64,000 nt of DNA from a virus: positions 81,389 to 145,388 of the IMG/VR virus record IMGVR_UViG_3300042555_002918. One strand, written 5' to 3'. The position numbers and the translations under genes were made by a program. This document shows positions 26,377-35,828 of this stretch, piece after piece. The notes below the pieces were generated by a model. That model was not told the DNA's origin. It ran no database searches and worked only from the letters and a program-made list of their open reading frames with translations. Numbering within the stretch: the stretch's first letter is position 1; each line of letters starts with the position of its first letter.

Positions 26377-27024
26377 TCATTTCTGACCAATCGATTTGAT
26401 GAACTTCTGGTAAGCGTCAAAGCTAACCCGCTGTATTTGAGCGGCGGGCGCGGCTTCAATAGCTTTTTTGGTTTCTTCGACCACACGTGAGACCCAAGTT
26501 CCCTCAGCAGAAAGCACCCACTCCTTGTTCTCCATGACCGCTTGAACGAAAGCATCAGGCGCAGATGGGTTCATCACAACATCACCCGCCGTCACGAGAA
26601 CGAAAGGAGTGCCGACTTCCTCATGTCCTTCAGTTGTTAAAGAGACGGATCCTACGGCCCGGGTAGAAACACCGAACTGAACTCCGCCTTTTAGTAATCC
26701 TCGCAAAACATTTCCCATCGGGGTGTCGAGCACGAGTGCTCTACCCACGTAGTTGTTTCCTTCGCGAGCCAAGGTAACAATTCGATGTGAGATGCGATCA
26801 ATGTTGAGGTTTGGATTTGTTGGGTGGTCAGCTTCGCCTACCGCCTTACCCGTGTTCACTTGATTTTGGATATAATCCTCGATGATCGGAGCGATCTTTT
26901 GTGATGGGTAGAACCGGTTGTTCCGGTTAATGGTATCGAGCTGAATGAAGACTCCCTCAAAGTAGAGTTTGTTATCCTCTTCTTGTCTCTTCAATTCAAA
27001 ATTGGCTTCTTGTAGTAGCTTCAT
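26377..27024 (-). CDS. gp21: prohead core protease
   Basis: EGVFIQ..NRNNRFYP, GEADHP, RISH.I, LDTPMG, GVSTRA.GS, D.V.NPSAPDAFV. Confidence 0.95.
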   Translation of the reverse strand: MKLLQEANFELKRQEEDNKLYFEGVFIQLDTINRNNRFYPSQKIAPIIEDYIQNQVNTGKAVGEADHPTNPNLNIDRISHRIVTLAREGNNYVGRALVLDTPMGNVLRGLLKGGVQFGVSTRAVGSVSLTTEGHEEVGTPFVLVTAGDVVMNPSAPDAFVQAVMENKEWVLSAEGTWVSRVVEETKKAIEAAPAAQIQRVSFDAYQKFIKSIGQK

Positions 27025-27096
27025 AGCGATATAGAGGTCAGTCTGTTTCCCTCTATTTATAGCCCTGGGATTTGGGGTGGTCCGATAAATAGCTTG

Positions 27097-27906
27097 ATGG
27101 CAAAGCGTCAATACCCCATCGAGATACGGGACGTAGCTCCTGGGCCTGGAGCCGTCAGAATGACCGGAAAAACGGTTATTGGAGGCTTAGACGGTCTGCA
27201 TACAGGTGGCGCATGGCTCTACCAGAACAAGGTCTGGAAGCCCTTAGACGGCAGGCCTTATCAAAATGCTCAGTTTCATATCGAGACGGATGAGGAAGCC
27301 TGCCTTAAAGCTCTTCAAGGAAAACCCCTATTCCCAAAGAACTGGGAAATTGCAGAAGCCAACGGGCGACGATTTACCGTAAGAGACAAGGTGCAGACCT
27401 TTCCTGGAGGAGGATTAACCCTCAACGCTTCTCAAGTGCAGGAAATCGAAAAGGGCATTAGGGAGATGAACAGATCTGGATGGGCAGTAAATGACAACCT
27501 TGTCATCGGACGCGATGGCTCAGGGCGGCTCTTCATCGTTGACCTTTCAAACGCGTCGCACTCGACCCAGACGGGAATCCATAAACCGGACGACGGGTTC
27601 TTCTTAGATGAGCTAATGAAACAGGCTGGCTTTGGTGAGATAGTCAAATTAAAGAAGCTCGCTCAAGAGATGCGAGGTTTAATGATTTTCAATAAAGCTT
27701 TTAGTAAGTACTCAAGCTACCGCTGGATCTACTCATCGAAACAGAAGAGTGAGATTACGGGAACTGTTGATGTCACGGCGATGGCAAGTGAACTTAACGC
27801 CGTTGATAGTGGGGTTGCTCGCCAATTTTCTTGGTATGCAAGCAAGTCCGAGCTTCAGCAATCTGTAGTTCGGTCAAAGGGACTAACGCTGAGAGTAGCG
27901 GGATAG
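27097..27906 (+). CDS. protein kinase-like hypothetical protein
   Basis: Gly-rich start, VWK, E..CL..L, M...GW.VND, FIVDLS (DFG-like); TAAATA 5 nt before ATG. Confidence 0.45.
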   Translation: MAKRQYPIEIRDVAPGPGAVRMTGKTVIGGLDGLHTGGAWLYQNKVWKPLDGRPYQNAQFHIETDEEACLKALQGKPLFPKNWEIAEANGRRFTVRDKVQTFPGGGLTLNASQVQEIEKGIREMNRSGWAVNDNLVIGRDGSGRLFIVDLSNASHSTQTGIHKPDDGFFLDELMKQAGFGEIVKLKKLAQEMRGLMIFNKAFSKYSSYRWIYSSKQKSEITGTVDVTAMASELNAVDSGVARQFSWYASKSELQQSVVRSKGLTLRVAG

Positions 27907-27910
27907 CGAC

Positions 27911-29587
27911 CTACTCTCCGCTATCGACTGGAAATGTCTCAGAGCCTGGAACAGGTTCCTGGGGATCAACTGGCTCACTTTGAGGAGCCCCACCGAGAGG
28001 TTGTCCTGTCATTGGATCTATTTGCATCCCGGTAGCTGGGTCCACAATAGGAGGCGGTATAATCTCACCTCGGGCCATCTCCTCCTGAATCTCAGATTGC
28101 ATCTTTAGCTGCTCATCATCGGTCATCTTAAAGATGTGCTGTTTGATCCACTTGTTTGACAAATATTTTCCAACAAACCCCTGAGCCTCGGCCGCGAGAG
28201 CCATTCGACTTGTATAGACCGTTGCCTCGGACATCTCTGAATAGTAGTTGTCAGATGCAAACTTGTACTTCCAGTTACTGAGAAGATATTCCATATCAGC
28301 TTCGTCCTGAACTATACCTTTCAGTCGAAGTTGAGTGGCTAAAAGAGTGTCGAACAAGCTTGAGAACTGCTTTCTCAACCGATGAATCATCTTTGCAAAC
28401 TGACGCTCATCGCGAGACACCATTCCCGTATTTCCAAACAACGCCACTGCATCTTGCTCCAGGCGGGATGGAGGAACATTCAATGCTCGAAGGAGCTGTT
28501 TGTTGAAGTAGTCAATTGTGCTCGTGTCGTCAAAGCCTGCCCCGCCGGGGATAGCATCAACTTGAACGGACTCTCCTGAGCTAGGTACCGGAATGAAGAT
28601 GTCGTCGATGATGGACATTACCTTGCGCTCATCGACCACGTCGCCGGTGATTGCATCGAAGGCTGTCTTTGTGCGGTATTGAGCCACAATTTGATCAAGA
28701 TAGTGACTGACTTGCTTTTCCGGCATCTGCCCGGTTGGTATTCTCCACACTCTTCGCTCTGGCGCTCGGGCAACCTTATAGATGAGGGTGGCGTTCTCCA
28801 TGCTCTTCAACTGAGACATGGGCCGAATAGCTTTATGTAGGTACGAGAGGATAACTGAGCTGGTAGAATCGAAGATGCCCGAGTGAACAAAGGCAATCGA
28901 ATCCCTTGTGAGCTTTACTCCATTTATGATTGGATTCTTCCCAAATGGGACGACCGCCGTGCCGTTGTAATCAATTCCAAACGGAGCATAGACAAAGTAC
29001 TCATTTACAATGTCCGTGTACTCAATCTGAGTGGCTGGGTCTATCCGTTTGTCGACCTCAATGAACTTCCTTATTTGACGAGGGTCAATGTAGCGAAGCT
29101 CCTTTATACCCATGCGAGGGTCTTGATGGGGAAGGATCTGATAGAACAACCTTCCATCAGTGTAATAATTTCGGAAGAGCTGATAAGACTCATTGGTCCA
29201 GTTAAGGAGTTTGAGTACATTTTCAAACTCATCCGTGAGGATTTTCTTAACTTCATCTGGAATCTGCTCGCAATCCGTAAGGTCAAGCTCAACAGCCGAG
29301 TGTTCGCCGTCTTGTACAATACACTCATTGGTAATCTCATTGATTGCCCAGTCCACTAAAGGATGTAACGACAGATCGCGATATCGGGTAATGAGTTGGT
29401 ACTCTGTCAGCTGTCCGTCAATCTTGGTCTGAGAGTTCCCGAGGTACCCGAATTGGTTGGGTGCGCCAATTACCACACTCCCATCGTTTGGATTTGGGGG
29501 CACAGGAGACGACAGCTTTGCCTCCGAATCGCGCCGGAACGCAAAGCCGAACAGCCGAGAGATTAAGAAAGATCGTGTTTGTGCCAT
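27911..29587 (-). CDS. gp20: portal protein
   Basis: LI.RYR...HP.VD.AI.EI, YYTDGR, ELRYIDPR, SYLHKAI, IY.VARAPERR, L.VP.SR. Confidence 0.95.
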   Translation of the reverse strand: MAQTRSFLISRLFGFAFRRDSEAKLSSPVPPNPNDGSVVIGAPNQFGYLGNSQTKIDGQLTEYQLITRYRDLSLHPLVDWAINEITNECIVQDGEHSAVELDLTDCEQIPDEVKKILTDEFENVLKLLNWTNESYQLFRNYYTDGRLFYQILPHQDPRMGIKELRYIDPRQIRKFIEVDKRIDPATQIEYTDIVNEYFVYAPFGIDYNGTAVVPFGKNPIINGVKLTRDSIAFVHSGIFDSTSSVILSYLHKAIRPMSQLKSMENATLIYKVARAPERRVWRIPTGQMPEKQVSHYLDQIVAQYRTKTAFDAITGDVVDERKVMSIIDDIFIPVPSSGESVQVDAIPGGAGFDDTSTIDYFNKQLLRALNVPPSRLEQDAVALFGNTGMVSRDERQFAKMIHRLRKQFSSLFDTLLATQLRLKGIVQDEADMEYLLSNWKYKFASDNYYSEMSEATVYTSRMALAAEAQGFVGKYLSNKWIKQHIFKMTDDEQLKMQSEIQEEMARGEIIPPPIVDPATGMQIDPMTGQPLGGAPQSEPVDPQEPVPGSETFPVDSGE

Positions 29588-29759
29588 GGTATGAGCTTTG
29601 TCTAAATCTGCCCTGTATTTATATCTCCGAAACCGATGTTATCTGGGGAAAGCCCTCCCCCAACATTCACCAACCAGCATAAAACGTCTCAAAAACACCT
29701 CAAGCTAGAGTTGAAGGCTGACGATAGTATCGTAATGGGCAGAAATTAGAGGTGGCTGT

Positions 29760-30011
29760 ATGAGTAAAATTCTTAGTGGGGTCGAGCTGGGTAATGCAAT
29801 TCGGGAGACTAACGCTCAAAAAGGCTATCCCATCCATCCCTTATGTGACCTTTCCGGGTCATATGTATCATTCAGGGTTCTCAAACCGGTCGGCTCTTTC
29901 CGCCAGAAGGGCCCTTACCTCGAAAATCCCCATAAGCTCCTTAAGGAGCTTAGGACCCTTCCCGACAGGCCAACGAAAGGGCTCCTGGGGCTCTTAGTGC
30001 GATTCTTTTAA
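29760..30011 (+). CDS. hypothetical protein
   Basis: GAGG SD before ATG; fills the gap between portal and protease. Confidence 0.45.
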   Translation: MSKILSGVELGNAIRETNAQKGYPIHPLCDLSGSYVSFRVLKPVGSFRQKGPYLENPHKLLKELRTLPDRPTKGLLGLLVRFF

Positions 30012-30817
30012 ATGCACATCAAGGCGCTACTTTCAAAAACAGCGGCTTCCTTGTTCATTACGAGCGCCTGTGTGGAGACCTTTGGACGACTTGCCCGGTA
30101 TTTACGAACAAGGTCGAGGTGAGCCTTTATTTGGGCAAGGCTGTAGTGGCTATACTCATCAGAATACTGATTAACGCAAGCACACGGATGCATAATGCCC
30201 TCGTCTACGTGCTCGGCTCCCAGGACGTGCCCAATCTCATGAATAAGGACTCTGGTCATAAACTTCTCACCTCCCATCACCTTTGCTAGTAAAGCCGACG
30301 GGCGAGCTCCTAAGACTCCAATGCCAGAGGCAAGGCCAATCATGCCTTCTTGCTCAAAGTTAAAGGTGTCGATGTTGTCGGGATGGTCTTCAAGCAGAAC
30401 CACTGTAAGGTCATTCTGAGCTGCGCCCAAATTAGAGGCGATTTCAAACCACTGCATCCAGCGCTCTTCAATTGTCCCTACCGGCTGTTTATCGGTAACG
30501 TACACCTTTGCGATTCGAAATTTCACATCTAGTCGCTTTTCCAAGTAGCTAATAGCCAGTTTAAGGGGACGGATTCCCCTGTCGCACTGTACGTGCCCAC
30601 CGCAGACCACAGAAACTGTAAAGATGACTTTTTCGGCTGGTGATGACGAGTCCTTAACCTCAGCGGGCGTCTGATTGAGTGGCGTCATTCGGAAATTGGA
30701 CGCTTGCGGCAGCTGAGTGACAGCACCTACAACCAGCAACAGGACAGACAGGATAATCCCAACAACTCTAAGTTTAGTCAGGAGCGAATACTTCTCGGCT
30801 TTCCTTTTGGACTTCAT
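30008..30817 (-). CDS. membrane-anchored or exported metzincin Zn metalloprotease
   Basis: N-terminal TM; HEIGHVLGAEH..GIM (HExxHxxGxxH plus Met-turn). Confidence 0.85.
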   Translation of the reverse strand: MKSKRKAEKYSLLTKLRVVGIILSVLLLVVGAVTQLPQASNFRMTPLNQTPAEVKDSSSPAEKVIFTVSVVCGGHVQCDRGIRPLKLAISYLEKRLDVKFRIAKVYVTDKQPVGTIEERWMQWFEIASNLGAAQNDLTVVLLEDHPDNIDTFNFEQEGMIGLASGIGVLGARPSALLAKVMGGEKFMTRVLIHEIGHVLGAEHVDEGIMHPCACVNQYSDEYSHYSLAQIKAHLDLVRKYRASRPKVSTQALVMNKEAAVFESSALMCI

Positions 30818-30866
30818 CTACATATTTAGCTGCGTCGATTCGGAGAAGGAGTCAGAACATGGCAAT

Positions 30867-30894
30867 AAAAAAGGGGAGCCGAAGCTCCCCTTTT
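30867..30894 (-). terminator. intrinsic terminator after gp23
   Basis: On the minus strand GGGGAGC-TTCG-GCTCCCC-T6. Confidence 0.9.
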
Positions 30895-30918
30895 CCGTTT
30901 GTTATCGATAATTCTCGA

Positions 30919-32229
30919 TTAGAGAAGATTCTTGATCTTGAACTTTCTATACCAAACGTTGCTGTTTGCAGTGAACGCGCCAGTGCTGTTTCCTGCAAGG
31001 TTTCCGAAAGGCGACTCAACGCAACCATACCTAGTCTTGAAAGCAAGACTTGGCTGGTAACTCTTCGGATCAGTAGCTTGGAACATCTGAAGCGGAGTAT
31101 ATGGAGCGTAGAAGAATCCAGCATCCATTGGGCTTGGCCCCTTGTACCCTACTACAGCGAAGTTCACGTTTGCTGGAATATATGGATCAGCGTAAACCTT
31201 CCATCGTCCCATCAATGTACCAACATAGGTACGTCCGCTCTCCTCAACACCGATGTCAACCTTAAGAGCGTCTGTGCAATCAAGGAGCTTAGCCATCGAA
31301 AGAGCGGCAGCAGTGTTGCTGTCGCAGATAACGATGTTACCAATTCCACGACGAGTCTCGCGAGCAATTGCGTTAGACTCACGAGCAAGTTGGATGATAA
31401 GTCCAACGTACTTCTCAGCATGGAATCGTCCGTCAGCATCTTGATTAAGGTCGAACTCACCTGGAGTTGCGAGGCCCTCATCCTGACATCCTACCTTAGC
31501 GATGTGGTAGATGGTACGGATGACTTCACGGTTAATCTCACTGAGAAGCTCAGTTGCAACGATCTCAGCAAGCTCTTTCTGAGCATCAAGGCCGTGTACA
31601 GCCATGAGGTCTTGCATAAGCTCATGTGTGTACGATGCACGCAACGCACGAGTCTTAGCCTCAACTGGGATACGGTCGATGCTAAGAGACATCTCAGGCA
31701 TATCTGGGGACGATCCGCCAGTTCCAAGAGCCTCACCAGCAGCGGTCGTAAGACCGGTTCCGCGAGAGAAACCTACATCGAATGGATCAACTGTCGTCGA
31801 GTGGGTTCCGGCTCCTGTGAAGTCGGTGTCTGCCTCATTGTGAAGAGCCTCAGTTCCACCCTGGCTCGTGTACTTCGCCTTAAGAGCAAAGATGAACGAG
31901 TTTGGCGCCGACATTGGCTGAACGCCTGCTACGTCAAATGCCATCATGTACGGCAAAGAACGTCGAAGCATGGTCATAAGAGGAACAGTGAATCCCTTAA
32001 GATTTGGATTCTCTGGGAAAGCCCCTGCACTGTTAGCAGCAGCATCCTCGGTAATGAACTTGCTGTTAAAGTCGCGATAAACAGCGTTGGTCTTGATATC
32101 CTGTAATTGGTTCTCCAGGAGGCAAGCGATTACTCTCTCTTTATACTCGTTGAGTTTAGGGAAAGCCTGGTGGCGCAATACGCCCTTCCAGCTCTCTACG
32201 AGTACCCTAGAAGTGTCATTCTTAATCAT
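30919..32229 (-). CDS. gp23: major capsid protein
   Basis: LLENQ, GVQPM..P...IFAL, EM...I....VEAKTRALRA.YT.EL.QDL.AVHGLDA, EINREV, GYKG, FKTRYG. Confidence 0.98.
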   Translation of the reverse strand: MIKNDTSRVLVESWKGVLRHQAFPKLNEYKERVIACLLENQLQDIKTNAVYRDFNSKFITEDAAANSAGAFPENPNLKGFTVPLMTMLRRSLPYMMAFDVAGVQPMSAPNSFIFALKAKYTSQGGTEALHNEADTDFTGAGTHSTTVDPFDVGFSRGTGLTTAAGEALGTGGSSPDMPEMSLSIDRIPVEAKTRALRASYTHELMQDLMAVHGLDAQKELAEIVATELLSEINREVIRTIYHIAKVGCQDEGLATPGEFDLNQDADGRFHAEKYVGLIIQLARESNAIARETRRGIGNIVICDSNTAAALSMAKLLDCTDALKVDIGVEESGRTYVGTLMGRWKVYADPYIPANVNFAVVGYKGPSPMDAGFFYAPYTPLQMFQATDPKSYQPSLAFKTRYGCVESPFGNLAGNSTGAFTANSNVWYRKFKIKNLL

Positions 32230-32264
32230 TTTCAAAACTCCTATCCTTTGGTGGAAGTTAAAAT

Positions 32265-33569
32265 CTATTTATTATTCTCGGAGGCCGCCGGGATTAAATT
32301 CGCAATTAAATCTGCTTCAGAACGAACTGTAACAGCGGCGTTGCGAATACCTCCCTGAAGAGCCAGGTTTTCATTGGTAGCTCGAATACCCTCAGTTTTC
32401 TTCGCTTTTGGCATGAAGGACGCCCTCATAACCTGAACGTTTTCTCTGAACGTATCCAAATCCTCGGCCTTAATCTTGGCGACCACGGCCTTGAAATTCT
32501 CAATTTCGGTCAGTGGGAGCCCCTTTGCGGCTTCTTCGATTACGAGAGCGCGGTCACGAAGAGAAACCTCTCTAACCAACGCTGCGTTCTCGGAAACCAT
32601 CTTGTTTGACTGGTCCTCCAACTTTGCGATCTTTTGCTCGTACATCTTTACGAGAGATGCAGTCGCATCTACTGTCTCGATATCGAACGTTTCAACAAGA
32701 GTTCGAACACTCTCGAAAATCTTTTGCGCCACCTTTACCTGGGTAGCAGTGAAAAGCTTTGGCTCATTCTCTTTACGCCATGTCTCCACGACGTACTCAA
32801 GATAATGGCTTACTTGCTCGTTGAGTTTTGCCTCACGTGCTGATGTGATAGCTTGGAACTTATCGCTGAGTTTTTCCTCTGCAAGCTTAACCGCAGTGGC
32901 AACACGGGCTTTTACTGCGCTCTCAACCGACTCATCAAAGAGTCTCTTAACAACGCACTTTTGCTCATCGGAAAGATCCTCTGAACCAGGAAGCTCCGGC
33001 TCTGCCTCAACATTCTCATCTTCACCGTCAGCTTTGAGGGCGGCATTTGCTTTTGCAACGATATCCGAAATCTCTTCTTCAGTAAGAGATGCGGTGTCCA
33101 CATCGTTATAGCCCGCTTCCTTTTCATCCTCTTCGGCGTCGACCTCGGCTTTATCCTCCTCATCGGAGTCTTCAGCTTCGGGCTCTTCCTCGGATTCGCC
33201 CATCAGGCGGATGATTTCAGCAATCTCTGGATCGAGGTCGTCCGCCACTTCGTCACCGGAAACCTCAGCATCTGCGGGAAGATCTCCCCTCCCGGATCCT
33301 GCTGTCGGAGCAGATGTGGGGGCTGCTGGATCTGCGATTGGAGCGCCAGAAGCGGCCATAAGGTCAGCCTCTGGAAGGAGTGTTTTGCCCATCGGCTCAT
33401 CAAGTTCCTCAACCTCATCGTCAAGAACAGATTTAACTTCCTCCGGATCGACGGCTCGGTTAGCCTCGGCACCTGGCTGCTTAGCTGGTTCACTGCTTGC
33501 GACTGCCGCCGATGGGTCAATGTCGGATTCACGAAGCAAATCTAACAGCTCGCTTACCTTTGTACTCAT
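32265..33569 (-). CDS. gp22: prohead scaffolding protein
   Basis: Acidic N-terminus, LFDE..V, YLEYVVETW..EN, coiled coil; directly upstream of gp23. Confidence 0.88.
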   Translation of the reverse strand: MSTKVSELLDLLRESDIDPSAAVASSEPAKQPGAEANRAVDPEEVKSVLDDEVEELDEPMGKTLLPEADLMAASGAPIADPAAPTSAPTAGSGRGDLPADAEVSGDEVADDLDPEIAEIIRLMGESEEEPEAEDSDEEDKAEVDAEEDEKEAGYNDVDTASLTEEEISDIVAKANAALKADGEDENVEAEPELPGSEDLSDEQKCVVKRLFDESVESAVKARVATAVKLAEEKLSDKFQAITSAREAKLNEQVSHYLEYVVETWRKENEPKLFTATQVKVAQKIFESVRTLVETFDIETVDATASLVKMYEQKIAKLEDQSNKMVSENAALVREVSLRDRALVIEEAAKGLPLTEIENFKAVVAKIKAEDLDTFRENVQVMRASFMPKAKKTEGIRATNENLALQGGIRNAAVTVRSEADLIANLIPAASENNK

Positions 33570-33580
33570 CTTAAAAACTC

Positions 33581-33931
33581 CTATAGTTCTTTTACTCTGA
33601 CAAAAAACTCTTGCTCAAATCTTTGACCGTCTTCGGTCACAGCAGTACACGTTACTTGGTAGTCGTATTCAGCCTGCCCACCCGCAACGATTATTCGTGC
33701 GTGGGTGAGATAAGGAGCAACAATCTGAACGCTGGACTCTCGAAGAATTTCCGTTCCGTCAGTCCTATTATTAGGATTAGAAAGCGGCCATTTTCTCGCA
33801 GAGAATGTAGCTGAGGTCAGCTTGCCAAAATACGGAACAACCTTGTCTGAAAAGTCACATGCGATGCGCACTTCTTCGGATGGCTGCTTTGTAATTGAGC
33901 GTTGAAACTCAGGAACAATCCAGTTCTTCAT
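33581..33931 (-). CDS. virion-associated Ig-like/adaptor protein
   Basis: KQP.E....DFS..GG....Y.VT....T..G..E.E..V.V pattern; TATAAATA 6 nt upstream. Confidence 0.6.
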   Translation of the reverse strand: MKNWIVPEFQRSITKQPSEEVRIACDFSDKVVPYFGKLTSATFSARKWPLSNPNNRTDGTEILRESSVQIVAPYLTHARIIVAGGQAEYDYQVTCTAVTEDGQRFEQEFFVRVKEL

Positions 33932-33937
33932 TAGGTC

Positions 33938-33945
33938 TATTTATA
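33938..33945 (-). promoter_or_regulatory. gp55-type late promoter (representative copy)
   Basis: TATAAATA matches the T4 late consensus. The TAAATA core also precedes gp25 (1111), gp5 (6168), both ARTs (10970, 11978), RuvC-like (15517), gp21, gp20, gp23, gp3 (53072) and others. Confidence 0.8.
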
Positions 33946-34011
33946 GCGCTCGGTGGGGAGATGAATTGGGGCCACGAAAAAACGGGCAAACTTGCAGGCT
34001 GACTGTCACAA

Positions 34012-34030
34012 GAAATGTTTCAAACATTTC
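34012..34030. promoter_or_regulatory. palindromic operator-like site
   Basis: Perfect inverted repeat GAAATGTTT-C-AAACATTTC; core repeated exactly at 24943-24955. Confidence 0.5.
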
Positions 34031-34094
34031 ATCGGAACTGGCCTTAAGGGTATTTATGTCACCACGCCCACCCTGCGGCTAATAACTTTCCCCC

Positions 34095-34406
34095 CTAGGT
34101 CAATTGCGAATGTTGGCGCTTTCCAAATATGATTGTCGTACAGTCCCCGGCAACTGGGTTCACACTTGTAATCTGGGTAACAAAGATAGCAGGCTCAAAA
34201 GCTCTTTCTTTGATTTTCTCGACTGAGTCTTCGTCGTTAATTGAGCATTTCAGGACCAATCCGCTGTTTATCTCAATAGTGAAGTTCTCCATGCTGGGAT
34301 TAAGAATTTGAGTAATCATCCCGTACAGGGGATAGATTTTACCGATTTCCACCTCGCTAGCTTCCACGGTCAGTCCAAATTTGTTGAAGAAATCGTCGTC
34401 ACTCAT
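34095..34406 (-). CDS. hypothetical protein (OB-fold-like)
   Basis: GAGG SD; promoter motif at 34445-34479. Confidence 0.65.
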   Translation of the reverse strand: MSDDDFFNKFGLTVEASEVEIGKIYPLYGMITQILNPSMENFTIEINSGLVLKCSINDEDSVEKIKERAFEPAIFVTQITSVNPVAGDCTTIIFGKRQHSQLT

Positions 34407-34444
34407 AAGGAAACCTCACCTGACTGTTCGTCATCGTAAGGAGC

Positions 34445-34479
34445 AGCATAACGAGGTCATTTGTGTGCCGAGCATTACC
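34445..34479 (-). promoter_or_regulatory. early/middle-type promoter motif
   Basis: GGTAATGCTCGGC-N16-TATGCT. Confidence 0.75.
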
Positions 34480-34542
34480 CGGGGGAGGCATGAGCAATAA
34501 ATAGATGGGAATTACCCACCCTTCTGCGAGAAACTCGGAGAT

Positions 34543-34905
34543 ATGAAATCATTTGAACGCTTTATTGAGGAAGATGCGCGAGAAGTAACCTTTGACTACT
34601 CAAAGGAGCCTCGCTCCGCTATCGGTGCAGTAGACGTCGACAGGCTCGTTAAAACGGCCTCAATACTGCTTGACGGACCGATTACCGGGAAGAAGTTTCG
34701 GTTAGCTATTGTATACGTAAATCCCCGACGAGACACCGGCAGCGTATTTGATGTTTTCCCGGCATATGGCTCTCCGGCGTGTTCTAGTGTTGAGGAGCTC
34801 CGGGCTCTCAATCCAGATGTCAGCGATACTCATGATGTAATTACTCAGACTATTAACGATTTTGAGAAGTCGCCTGCGTACCAAAATGTAACAAGGCAGG
34901 GCTAA
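34543..34905 (+). CDS. putative internal head protein
   Basis: N-terminus MKSFERFIEE resembles the T4 IP capsid-targeting sequence; TAAATA upstream. Confidence 0.65.
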   Translation: MKSFERFIEEDAREVTFDYSKEPRSAIGAVDVDRLVKTASILLDGPITGKKFRLAIVYVNPRRDTGSVFDVFPAYGSPACSSVEELRALNPDVSDTHDVITQTINDFEKSPAYQNVTRQG

Positions 34906-34931
34906 GAACTAGCTTCGAGCTAAACCCGACG

Positions 34932-34960
34932 AAGGCTTGGGCAACCAAGCCTTTATTTTT
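34932..34960 (+). terminator. intrinsic terminator
   Basis: AAGGCTTGG-GCAA-CCAAGCCTT-TATTTTT. Confidence 0.85.
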
Positions 34961-34986
34961 ACCCCCTCTAAATATCCGCTAACCGT

Positions 34987-35163
34987 ATGAAGACTTTTCT
35001 TCAATGGCTAAAAGAGGAAGCTCCCGTCAACAATGTTGGCGATGGCAGAATTGCCGACCTTCCTCGACCGATGGGTATATTACGAAGGCAGGTAAAAGAT
35101 GGCGACAAAGGGACCAACCGAACTCGAAATAAGCGTTCTCGCAGGATACAAACATCCAGCTAA
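34987..35163 (+). CDS. 58-aa putative internal head peptide (below ORF-track cutoff)
   Basis: Hand translation MKTFLQWLKEEAPVNNVGDGRIADLPRPMGILRR...IQTSS*; TAAATA at 34968-34973. Confidence 0.7.
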   Translation: MKTFLQWLKEEAPVNNVGDGRIADLPRPMGILRRQVKDGDKGTNRTRNKRSRRIQTSS

Positions 35164-35458
35164 GTCACTCCAGTCCCTTAGAAAAGACATTCTTGTTATC
35201 TCTCAACTGACAAATGCCCTGAAAAGCTATAAAGCCAAGCAGGACCCGCAGCATCTTAAGCGGGCAGTCAACCTGATAATTATTCTCTCTAACGTCTTTG
35301 AGGCTTCAACGTTAGAGTATGCCTTGTACGCCATTATGCCTAATGAGTTTTGGCCTGAGGCTGCTACGTTGCTATTCGTGCTGAAACTTTCCAAAGAGCG
35401 AAAGCATGTGGATGAAAATCTCCTGCGGCTTTTAGGAGACCTCCGAGCTGAGCGTTAA
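35099..35458 (+). CDS. conserved T4-like hypothetical protein
   Basis: Y..P...L..D......Y...R..N.III..NVF..W...T.L..L pattern. Confidence 0.65.
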   Translation: MATKGPTELEISVLAGYKHPAKSLQSLRKDILVISQLTNALKSYKAKQDPQHLKRAVNLIIILSNVFEASTLEYALYAIMPNEFWPEAATLLFVLKLSKERKHVDENLLRLLGDLRAER

Positions 35459-35733
35459 TCGTCGATGGGCATCCCATTCTTTTCAAGCCAAAGCTCAAGG
35501 TAGTGAATGTACTCGGCCACAATCTGAAAGTCCTCAATGATGTCTTCTTCTACGCCCTCTTTTTGATCCCTTGTGTCGTATTTGACTTGGTCATTTAGGT
35601 GGAGGGAGTCTCTGAATAGCTTAATTAGACTCCTTCGGGCAGTCTCGTGAAGTTCCCTTGGAATTGTCGCAAACGGAGCATGGTCCGGCTCCTGCTTTTG
35701 CCATATTAAAGCTTTTGCTCTCCGTAACTTCAT
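35455..35733 (-). CDS. hypothetical protein
   Basis: TAAATA 7 nt before ATG. Confidence 0.6.
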   Translation of the reverse strand: MKLRRAKALIWQKQEPDHAPFATIPRELHETARRSLIKLFRDSLHLNDQVKYDTRDQKEGVEEDIIEDFQIVAEYIHYLELWLEKNGMPIDD

Positions 35734-35828
35734 ATAACACTATTTATGAGATTACGGAGACGCAAAAGCCTCTCCCTATTAGAGATTTGCCCCTAGGCTC
35801 CGTTGCCTAATTAGCTTTATGTCGAGCG

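Noticed and set aside
30859-32106. 415-aa plus-strand ORF
   Set aside because: Antisense shadow of gp23 with no recognisable motifs; it starts across the gp23 terminator.
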